Below, in pieces: positions 36,788 through 45,093 of a DNA stretch of 45,093 nucleotides. A program made the position numbers and the translations under genes. The number at the start of each line of letters is the position of its first letter. Position 1 is the first letter of the stretch. Source of the DNA: Nitrospira japonica. GTDB lineage: Bacteria > Nitrospirota > Thermodesulfovibrionia > Thermodesulfovibrionales > SM23-35. Below the pieces are notes generated by a model. That model saw nothing but the letters and a program-made list of their open reading frames with translations. It was not told where the DNA came from and made no database searches. Location of the stretch: contig DYFC01000029.1 in NCBI GenBank assembly GCA_020725385.1, positions 1-45,093 of the forward strand, given 5' to 3'.

Positions 36788-39700
36788 ATGCGGGAGGGGA
36801 GCAAGCTTTATTTGAAGAAAAGATATTTACATCCGGTATTAAATACAAACAAAAAATTATTTTTCATTGTTTTGCTTCTATATATATGGTCATTCAGTTC
36901 AATTGCAATAGCTGATCCATACCCGCCATACTGGTCTGGAGGGACAGGCGCATCTATCCATTTCCAGCCGGTATCATGGCCAAATGAGCCTTCCAGCCCT
37001 TCTGATTGCGGTCATACATGTGGTGACTGGAAACCATATACCCGTTTCCAAAGAGAGATGGCTGACCCAAGAATTCAGGACCCTTCAAATGGCGGAACAT
37101 CTCCACAAAACTATGTTAATGTAGCGTCATCATGCATTGATAAAACTCTGCCAAGTATTTATTACTATCTTCACAAAGATCCAGCTGATCCAACAAAAGA
37201 CGTGATTATGTTTCGCTGGCGAGTTGAGCAGATAGCTAATAATTATGCTACAGGACCTTCTGCTGGAAATTATGGTGCAACAGACCCGTGGAGTTCTGCT
37301 CTATGGACAGTTCTTTTTGACGTGGATGGAGATGGATACAGGGATCTTGCTGCGCATCTTGATGGTTCTTCTGGTGCTCCTTCAACATCAATAGACCGTA
37401 TCTTTGGTATCTGGGGAAATATTCCCACACAATCTCTTGATTACTTATCCGATCCTAATATTCATTTAATAGCCCACAATCCGACAGGTTTTGTAGGAAC
37501 GAGCAAATTACTAAACTTCCATGATTCATTATCTCCTGATGAAAGCTGGCCTTCTGGCTCTTCTACAAATTCATGGGATTATGGTACAACTCGCTCAAAG
37601 CTGATAAGTACCAATTCATGTAATGAATATTTTGTTGACTATCAGATACCTGTTGCAATGCTTGATGCAACAGGGTTAGGCGGTCCTCAAATAACAAGAG
37701 ATACGCCGATCTCTATGCTTTTCTGCACTGCAAACAGTCTTAACAACCCTTTTCAAAAAGACTGTGCAATAAATAAAAAATGGGTAGGTGATGCATCAAG
37801 ACCTGCTCCTTTTGGGGATTACTTATCATTCAATGAAACTGCTCCGTATCAGCAACCTATTGTTTCGAGTATAACTGCGACCGCGCCAACAGGATGCCCG
37901 GGGAATTACAGCTTCACTGCAAAAGTGCAGGATACTATTGCTATTGTGAATGGAGTTGCTATAGCAACAGTCAAAGCAGTTGATTTCTACTATTATTATG
38001 ATACTAATGGAAATGGCATTGCAGATGATGGAAATACATGGACATTCGCAGCTTCTGGCACATTGAAACCAGGGTCTTTAAATATATGGACAGCTACATG
38101 GAATGCGACCAGTTTAGCAAAAGGAAAATATCTTATAGGAGTTCAAGCAATTGATTCAGAATATATTGATAACAATAGTAATAATATTTATGATGCAGGA
38201 GATATTTCATTACTCGATGACGGCATGACCCCGACTGAAAATCATAACCGTACATTTTCTTATCTAACCAAATCAGAAGTTGATGCTCTCACTCCCCCAG
38301 CAAATGAAACATGGTTTGCAAACCCAGATATAACAGGCACTCAAATGGCAGTAATCGGAGTTGCTATTAATAATTGCGGGCTCGCGCCAACTATGACAAA
38401 AACCGCAAGCTCAAATAGTGTTATAGCAGGGGATACAGTTGACTTTACCTTAACTATTACAAACCTTCTTAATACCACACTTACTGTAAATGAAATTGTA
38501 GATGTCTTGCCTCCAGGGTTTAATTATGTTAATGGTTCGACTTCAGGTGATTTCGGGACAGCTAATCCATCAATAAACAGTCAGACTTTAACATGGACAT
38601 TAAGTTCTCCAGTAAATATAGATGCAGGAAACAGCGCCTCACTAACTTTTACGGCAAACTCTACTTCAGTTTCAGGAAATTACACAAACAGTGCTTATTC
38701 TGAGACAAGTTTTGGCACAATTGTAAGCAACCCATTCACTATTGGTGTTGATTCAGCACGTTTATCTCTTACCAAGACTCCGGATAAATATCTTGTTGAT
38801 CCCGGTGGAACAATTACATATAGTCTTGCATACTCTAACGATTCCTCGGTTACTATTACAAATGCGAGCATTTCAGATACACTGCCTGCCAATGTAAATT
38901 GTGCAAGCTATTCAGTAAATGGTGGGACTCCGCAATCTTGTTCAGGGCAGAATGTCACAATTCCATTAGGTGATATAGCTGGTGGTGAAAGTGGCAACGT
39001 TACTCTAAATGTAACTGTAACCAGTAATTACAACAGCCCTTCATTATTGAATACTGCCACAATTTCAGGCACAGCGCCTGATGGAAGCACAGTAAGTAAA
39101 ACAGCAACAAGCACTATTGCTGTTAATGTCCCAGTGCCTGCATTTACATTGGTAAAAACAGGACCTGTTCAGGTTGCTCCATCAGGGTCGGTAACATGGA
39201 CTATTACATATAAAAATTATGGAACTGGTTCTGCAAGTGGAGTAACAATTACTGATACCCTTCCTGGCGGATTTACTTACAGCAGTTGCACAGGTGGTAG
39301 CTCTTGCAGCGGAAGTGGAAACAATGTTTCATGGACAATCGGAACAGTAGCAGCAGGAGCATCTGGTTCGGTCACTGTTACAGCGACCGTTGCATCAGCT
39401 CCATTTACTTATGACAATCCAGCAGTAAATAACGCTACTATAACATGGACAGGCAATAGTACTGGAGTATCTGCACAGGCAACAGTTGGAATAACAGGAC
39501 AGGCTTGTAGCGGTGTTTATTATTTTCATAATGGTTTTACTGCCACAACAACACCTCCAACATCCGGAACCGATACAACAACTACTATAAATACATCCGG
39601 AATTTCAATATTGTTTACAGCACCTCCTGCAACGAGCATTATGGTATTGGCAGGTAAAACACTTTCTGTTGATTTTTATATTGATGCAAGAGCAGGCAAT

Positions 39701-42700
39701 ATAACTCTGGCTACTGAACTTCAGGATTATAACCCTAATACGTCAACTTATACAGTTATAGTCAGCGATTCCCGGACACTTTCAAATAATTTCCAGTGGT
39801 TTAACTATACAGTAACAATTCCGGGTGGCACATCGAATCTTGCTGTCGGACATCAGTTGCGCTGGAAATTTACAGGCACATGGACAGGAAATAAAAGTAT
39901 TACATTCTATTACGACGGGCCTCATGATTCACGTTCTTCTTTCTGTGTTACAACTTCACCAGCTAATCTGACAATTTCCAAAATTGTGGATCAGCCTAAC
40001 ATTCCAAGTGGTTCAACACCTACACTTAATTATTTAATAACTTATGCCAATACCGGCGGAACAAGCGCCAATAATGTAAATCTTATTGATACATTGCCAT
40101 CAAATGTTAATTGCTATCGATATTCATCAAACTGCACAAACTGGTCAGACCCTAACACATGTTCGAGCTGGACTTCTTGCAGTGGTAATTCTGTTACATT
40201 GATTTCAAATGGTACAATTTCAGCAGGTGCAACAGGGAATATCTTATTACAGGCAAATGTTCAGTCAGGTGCTTCAGGCACTTTAACTAATACTGCTACA
40301 ATAAGCGGCACGGGGGTTGAAACTAAATCTGCAACAGCAAACACTATAGTCGGCTCTCTTTCAGGTGGTGGTTCTCCAAGCCTTGCTGTTAGTCTTTCAA
40401 CCGATAAAACTACTGCCAATCCCGGTGATACTGTAACTTACACTATCACTGTAGTAAATGTTGGAAGCGGAGATGCAACAGGAGTGGTTGTCTCAGATGC
40501 TTATCCTATACAAGACATAAATGGTAACACTGTCACAGGGTTTTATACTTATGGAACATGCAGCAACAGTTGTACAAATAGCAGTGGCACATTATCGTGG
40601 AATGTAGGAACACTCTCTCCAGGTCAGTCAGTTACTTTTACATATACAATGGTAGTGGGGAATTCTGGCCTACCAGCAGGCGTAACAGTTATTCCTGATG
40701 CTGCTCAGGCTTATGCAGGAAATATTACAGAAGGCTCTCCAGGTAGTTCTACAAATCCAGCTCAAAGCAATCAGGTTAATGTAACACTTAATGGCAATCC
40801 TATATTATCGCTTGTAAAGAATGCGAATCCGTCTAATGATCTAAAACCTGGTGATACAATTACATACACGCTTACAGTTACAAATACAGGTTCAAGTACA
40901 GCAGAAAATGTTGTTGTAACAGATCCAATTCCCACTCATACGAGTTTTAAAGAAATAACCCAAGGCAGCGGATCATTCGATTCAGTGAATAATAGAGTTG
41001 TTTTTAATGTTGGAACATTAACTTCAGGAAGTTCAACGACTCTAATTTTCAGTGTTACTGTTAATGAATTACCTTCAGGAAGTACAACCATTTCAAATAT
41101 TGCAACAGCTACTGCTTCTAATACATCATCTCGCACTGCAAACGCAAGTGCTTTAGCGAGTGCAAGTCCAGCTTTTACTTTAAGCAAAACAGGACCTGAA
41201 CAGGTAGCCTATCCAGCTGCAAAACTCATTGCGAATGTCAATAACAATACTGTGATATTCGTGAGTGACTCAACTCAGTTTACTGAAGGACAATTTATAT
41301 ATTTGAATAGTACAATACTTAAAATTATATCAATCTCTGGGAATGCTATTACTGTTGACATTCCTGTTAGTGCGTCAACAGGTGATGATATTATCCCAGG
41401 AATTACTTATAACATTACATATCAAAATACAGGCAATGCAACCGCAACAGGCGTTACCCTGACCGATACGCTACCAGCTGGATCAATCTTTGTTATGGCA
41501 ACTGACGGAGGCTTGGAAAATAGTGGTGTTGTAACATGGAATCTCGGTAATATCGAACCTGGCATAGGTGGAACAGTTCAGGTTGTGATTATTCCTGGTA
41601 ATACCGGAACTATAATTGACAATGCAAGCATAGATTGCACAAACTGCACTGAACCTGTAAATGCTTCAGTATCAACATTTGTAGGTGGCTTGCGCATATC
41701 AAAGAGAACGACTACTCCAACAACTCCTGCACCCGGAACAGTTACATACATTATAGAAGTTGAAAATACACTTGGTTCAGACGCAAATGATGTAACTATA
41801 ACCGACATTCTGCCTCCGGGATTTACATTTGCATCAACAACATCAATAATTATTGACGGGAACACAGTCTCACCAACCACAAAACCAACAGTTGGTGATA
41901 ATTCTTTAACATGGGCATCTTTTTCAATTCCTGCTGGCAAAAAACTTGTGCTGACTTTTACAGCAGATGTGGCTGAAACTGTTGGACCAGCAACATATCA
42001 GAATGATTCAGGAGCAACTTCAAGCAATACAAGCGTGACTCCTTTTGATCCGTTACTTACAACAGAAGAAGATGTGACAGTGCTTGCTGAAGGCACAGGA
42101 ATTATTGAAGGTTATGTATTCCGGGATAATGACAATAATGGTTTATTTGACCCATCAGTTGATACTCCTTTGCCCGGAGTTAATGTGAATATAACAGATA
42201 GTACTTCTACGCTTTATATTATTGCAACAGATAGTTCCGGATATTTCAAAAGGGTAGTGGCTTCAGGGGAAGCAAATGTTGATATTGAAGATTCAGATAT
42301 TCCTCCGGGATTAGAACTGGGTAACAGCTTTACAGACCCAGAGATAATTACAGTTCCTAACCAAAGTATTGCAACTAAAAATACAGGCTTTGTACCTTCA
42401 AGCATATCAGCCGATCTTTCAATAGTAAAAACTGACGGAGCAGGTGTAACGATTGCAGTACCTGGTGAGGACATAACTTACACAATAACTGTGATGAATA
42501 ATGGACCTGCAAATGTAACAGGAGCGACAGTAAGCGACACATTCCCTGGGATATTGAGCAACATAAGCTGGACGTGTTCAGCATCAGCGGGTTCAAGCTG
42601 TACAGGAACAGGCAATGGTAATATCAGTGATACAGTAAACATATTATCAGGCGGTACATTGACATACATAGTAACAGCAACAGTGAGCGCATCAGCGACA

Positions 42701-43762
42701 GGTTCATTGAGCAATACAGCAACAGTAACAGCACCTGAAGGAACTCCTGATACAGATACAAAAAACAACAGTTCAACTGATACTGACACGCTTGCGCCAA
42801 GAGCCGATCTTTCAATAACAAAGTCAGATAGTATTGATCCTGTAATAGCAGGGAATAATCTGGCTTATACGATAACAGTAAGCAATGCTGGGCCTTCTGA
42901 TGCAGTTAATGTTTTAGTAACAGAAACGCTGCCTTTGGGTGTGACATTAGTTTCAACGGTTGGATGTTCTGAAGACCCGAATGGGGTTCCAACATGTAGT
43001 CTTGGAACAATTACTGCTGGCAATTCCAAACAATACACTGTGAATGTAACAGTTAACTCTGGTACAACCGGAACACTCACAAACAGTGTGAGCGTTACTT
43101 CTGATACATTCGATACTAATACAAACAACAACTCTATATCAGAGAATACAACTGTTAATGCGCCTAATGTTTTTGATCCACCTTCAGGCACTAAGACAGT
43201 TAATGATGCAGGTTATCCTGTACTTGAATGGAGAATGGTTTGGATAAATAATGGGACTGCACCTGCTGAACGCCAGAGGATTATTGACACTATCCCAGCA
43301 AATACTACTTATATAAACGGTAGTCTTAATTGTATTGAAAGGGGAGCTTCAGTAAGGATAAGTTGCTATTATGATTCTATAGGCAAACGTATCATATGGG
43401 AAGGAAATATTGCTCCGGATCCAGGTGCTACAAATGAAACAGATGCATTAAATGAAGTTGTAATTATATTCAGAACAACTGTAGCTGCTGGTATATTAAA
43501 TGTATCTAACCAAGGGTTTGCTTATTGGGATGAAAACGGAGATGGTTCTGTCTCTGATGATCTTAGCAGGGGTCAAATACCTGTCAGCACAGATGATCCT
43601 GCAACAACAAATTCAGGAGATCCTACAGTCTGGAATTATGAAGAACCAATTCCAATCCCGGCTATGAATACACAGGGAGCTTTGATACTTATCATATTTA
43701 TTTTAATCGGAACTGTTTTATATTTAATAATACAAAAAAATGATAATCACAGTAAATTTTAA
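36788..43762 (+). CDS. Large surface protein/adhesin with ~12 DUF11 repeats, SdrD B-like domain and IPTL-CTERM-like anchor
   Basis: Signal peptide; repeated 'K....PG..TYTITVTNTG...A..V.VTD.LP'; 'GYVFRDNDNNG'; C-terminal 'IPAMN'+TM+K. Confidence 0.85.
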   Translation: MREGSKLYLKKRYLHPVLNTNKKLFFIVLLLYIWSFSSIAIADPYPPYWSGGTGASIHFQPVSWPNEPSSPSDCGHTCGDWKPYTRFQREMADPRIQDPSNGGTSPQNYVNVASSCIDKTLPSIYYYLHKDPADPTKDVIMFRWRVEQIANNYATGPSAGNYGATDPWSSALWTVLFDVDGDGYRDLAAHLDGSSGAPSTSIDRIFGIWGNIPTQSLDYLSDPNIHLIAHNPTGFVGTSKLLNFHDSLSPDESWPSGSSTNSWDYGTTRSKLISTNSCNEYFVDYQIPVAMLDATGLGGPQITRDTPISMLFCTANSLNNPFQKDCAINKKWVGDASRPAPFGDYLSFNETAPYQQPIVSSITATAPTGCPGNYSFTAKVQDTIAIVNGVAIATVKAVDFYYYYDTNGNGIADDGNTWTFAASGTLKPGSLNIWTATWNATSLAKGKYLIGVQAIDSEYIDNNSNNIYDAGDISLLDDGMTPTENHNRTFSYLTKSEVDALTPPANETWFANPDITGTQMAVIGVAINNCGLAPTMTKTASSNSVIAGDTVDFTLTITNLLNTTLTVNEIVDVLPPGFNYVNGSTSGDFGTANPSINSQTLTWTLSSPVNIDAGNSASLTFTANSTSVSGNYTNSAYSETSFGTIVSNPFTIGVDSARLSLTKTPDKYLVDPGGTITYSLAYSNDSSVTITNASISDTLPANVNCASYSVNGGTPQSCSGQNVTIPLGDIAGGESGNVTLNVTVTSNYNSPSLLNTATISGTAPDGSTVSKTATSTIAVNVPVPAFTLVKTGPVQVAPSGSVTWTITYKNYGTGSASGVTITDTLPGGFTYSSCTGGSSCSGSGNNVSWTIGTVAAGASGSVTVTATVASAPFTYDNPAVNNATITWTGNSTGVSAQATVGITGQACSGVYYFHNGFTATTTPPTSGTDTTTTINTSGISILFTAPPATSIMVLAGKTLSVDFYIDARAGNITLATELQDYNPNTSTYTVIVSDSRTLSNNFQWFNYTVTIPGGTSNLAVGHQLRWKFTGTWTGNKSITFYYDGPHDSRSSFCVTTSPANLTISKIVDQPNIPSGSTPTLNYLITYANTGGTSANNVNLIDTLPSNVNCYRYSSNCTNWSDPNTCSSWTSCSGNSVTLISNGTISAGATGNILLQANVQSGASGTLTNTATISGTGVETKSATANTIVGSLSGGGSPSLAVSLSTDKTTANPGDTVTYTITVVNVGSGDATGVVVSDAYPIQDINGNTVTGFYTYGTCSNSCTNSSGTLSWNVGTLSPGQSVTFTYTMVVGNSGLPAGVTVIPDAAQAYAGNITEGSPGSSTNPAQSNQVNVTLNGNPILSLVKNANPSNDLKPGDTITYTLTVTNTGSSTAENVVVTDPIPTHTSFKEITQGSGSFDSVNNRVVFNVGTLTSGSSTTLIFSVTVNELPSGSTTISNIATATASNTSSRTANASALASASPAFTLSKTGPEQVAYPAAKLIANVNNNTVIFVSDSTQFTEGQFIYLNSTILKIISISGNAITVDIPVSASTGDDIIPGITYNITYQNTGNATATGVTLTDTLPAGSIFVMATDGGLENSGVVTWNLGNIEPGIGGTVQVVIIPGNTGTIIDNASIDCTNCTEPVNASVSTFVGGLRISKRTTTPTTPAPGTVTYIIEVENTLGSDANDVTITDILPPGFTFASTTSIIIDGNTVSPTTKPTVGDNSLTWASFSIPAGKKLVLTFTADVAETVGPATYQNDSGATSSNTSVTPFDPLLTTEEDVTVLAEGTGIIEGYVFRDNDNNGLFDPSVDTPLPGVNVNITDSTSTLYIIATDSSGYFKRVVASGEANVDIEDSDIPPGLELGNSFTDPEIITVPNQSIATKNTGFVPSSISADLSIVKTDGAGVTIAVPGEDITYTITVMNNGPANVTGATVSDTFPGILSNISWTCSASAGSSCTGTGNGNISDTVNILSGGTLTYIVTATVSASATGSLSNTATVTAPEGTPDTDTKNNSSTDTDTLAPRADLSITKSDSIDPVIAGNNLAYTITVSNAGPSDAVNVLVTETLPLGVTLVSTVGCSEDPNGVPTCSLGTITAGNSKQYTVNVTVNSGTTGTLTNSVSVTSDTFDTNTNNNSISENTTVNAPNVFDPPSGTKTVNDAGYPVLEWRMVWINNGTAPAERQRIIDTIPANTTYINGSLNCIERGASVRISCYYDSIGKRIIWEGNIAPDPGATNETDALNEVVIIFRTTVAAGILNVSNQGFAYWDENGDGSVSDDLSRGQIPVSTDDPATTNSGDPTVWNYEEPIPIPAMNTQGALILIIFILIGTVLYLIIQKNDNHSKF
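42409..42817 (+). repeat. 16-bp exact direct repeat AGCCGATCTTTCAATA bounding one DUF11 module
   Basis: Copies at 42409-42424 and 42802-42817, 393 nt (131 codons) apart. Confidence 0.75.
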
Positions 43763-43780
43763 CAAACAGTGTGTATCGGG

Positions 43781-44122
43781 TTAATGTGCCGGACCGGAAG
43801 AGAGAAGTTTGTCAACCTCTTTTCTTATTACCGAAGCAGGAATACCGCCATGAATTTTTAATACCCCATTTATTAAAATCACAGGAGTAGTCAATGCTCC
43901 CATTCTTAATAATTCTTTTATATCTTCGAACTCTTCATCACCATCGGTAAATAAATCTATATACTCAACATAAACCACCGATGGATAGAAATAATTCATT
44001 TCCTTTGAAAGCTCATCGGAAAGTATCTTATTGGTTCCTATTATTTCCGGAGCATGGTCTTCATCATACAGGATTCCTTCCATTGGATTGTCAAGAATCT
44101 GAATATGAACTCTTTGAAGCAT
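43781..44122 (-). CDS. Hypothetical thioredoxin-like fold protein (DUF1462-like), no Cys
   Basis: 'VEYIDL', 'TPVILING..HGG'; starts just after the panC stop. Confidence 0.55.
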   Translation of the reverse strand: MLQRVHIQILDNPMEGILYDEDHAPEIIGTNKILSDELSKEMNYFYPSVVYVEYIDLFTDGDEEFEDIKELLRMGALTTPVILINGVLKIHGGIPASVIRKEVDKLLSSGPAH

Positions 44123-44127
44123 CAATA

Positions 44128-44988
44128 CTACCTCTCTTCCTTTATATTAATCAGCATATTATCTATTAATCTTGTTTTTCCTATTCTTAGAGCAATAGCG
44201 AGAATCATGTTTTCCTTTGCTGTAGAAAGCTCTTCAAGACTTGAAGTATCATAGATTCCGGCATAATCAATTTCTGAAATTAAAGGCTCTTTGCTTAAAA
44301 AATCGAGCATAAAGTTTTTAACATTTTTTATTTCTATTATACCAGATTTTATTGATTCGCAGGTCTCTTTTAAGCACTTATATATAATTGTAGCTGCCTG
44401 CCTTTGAGCATTGTCGAGGTAAGAATTACGGGAACTCATCGCAAGTCCATCCTTCTCCCGTATTGTTGGACAGACTACAATATCTATATCTATATTTAAA
44501 TCACCCGCCATTTTTGAGACAATAACCGATTGCTGAAAATCTTTCTGCCCAAAATACGCCCTTGTTGGCTTTACTATATTGAATAATTTGGCTACTATAG
44601 TCGTTACACCCCTGAAATGTCCGGGTCTGAAAGCACCGCAAAGTTTTTCGGATAAATTTTCGACATTAATGTAAGTAAGATACCCTTCAGGATACATCGA
44701 GGCTGCATCAGGCAAAAAAAGTATATCCACATTTTCCTTAATCAATTTTTCGGTATCACCCTCGAGATCTCTCGGATAAATATTGTAATCCTCATTCTGT
44801 CCAAACTGGGCGGGATTCACAAAAATGCTTACTACTGTAATTAAATTTTCCTCCCTGGATCTTTTAACAAGGCTTAAATGGCCATCATGGAGTGCACCCA
44901 TTGTCGGAACAAAACCTATTGTTTTTCCACGTAATAAAAAGTCCTTTGAGATATCCTGCATGATTCTCGGGATTCGTATAATCTCCAT
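44128..44988 (-). CDS. panC: Pantoate--beta-alanine ligase
   Basis: 'VPTMGALHDGH', 'RPGHF', 'GQKD', 'AMSSRN', 'RLIDN'; start at 44988 behind GGAGG. Confidence 0.97.
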   Translation of the reverse strand: MEIIRIPRIMQDISKDFLLRGKTIGFVPTMGALHDGHLSLVKRSREENLITVVSIFVNPAQFGQNEDYNIYPRDLEGDTEKLIKENVDILFLPDAASMYPEGYLTYINVENLSEKLCGAFRPGHFRGVTTIVAKLFNIVKPTRAYFGQKDFQQSVIVSKMAGDLNIDIDIVVCPTIREKDGLAMSSRNSYLDNAQRQAATIIYKCLKETCESIKSGIIEIKNVKNFMLDFLSKEPLISEIDYAGIYDTSSLEELSTAKENMILAIALRIGKTRLIDNMLINIKEER

Positions 44989-45093
44989 ATCAACCTCCAT
45001 TTGATATTAACCCAAAAAATGCGGACATTGCTCAAAAATTTATTTAACTCGATGATTTTATATCAAAAGATATTTTTTGGTTATACATAAAAA

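Noticed and set aside
38695-43191. Antisense ORFs within the adhesin, and the other short overlapping ORFs in the track
   Set aside because: They are shadow frames of well-supported genes, with no RBS or recognisable motifs.
38390-43200. Adhesin repeats as a CRISPR array or DGR target
   Set aside because: The repeats are protein-level and divergent in DNA; there is no spacer periodicity, cas gene or reverse transcriptase.

Overview
AT-rich bacterial chromosomal window, densely coding. The gene repertoire suggests an anaerobe such as Nitrospirota/Thermodesulfovibrionia or a deltaproteobacterium (inference). From left to right it holds: an SLC13-CBS-ArsB/NhaD transporter trio; a REC-PAS-PAS kinase; an orphan radical SAM/SPASM enzyme; housekeeping genes (DUF523/DUF1722, acyl-CoA dehydrogenase, queD, hpt, hemB, HesB-like); a nitrogen module (NrpR, stand-alone FMN glutamate synthase, RecA-like/HTH/cupin regulator); a hybrid kinase; an ~7 kb arsenic/metal resistance island; a small ORF plus nucleotidyltransferase pair next to rtcA; a glucosylglycerate compatible-solute cluster with MscS channels; a 2324-aa DUF11 surface protein; and panC. 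Two signals are missed by the ORF track. (1) The arsM ORF reads through an in-frame UGA at a conserved catalytic Cys position, with a SECIS-like hairpin 11 nt downstream, so it is probably a 264-aa selenoprotein arsenite methyltransferase. (2) A structured leader with an overlapping terminator, resembling the Na+-I (DUF1646) riboswitch, precedes the gpgS-mscS-ggs operon. No tRNA, rRNA, CRISPR array or transposase was seen. All family calls come from motif recognition, not database searches.
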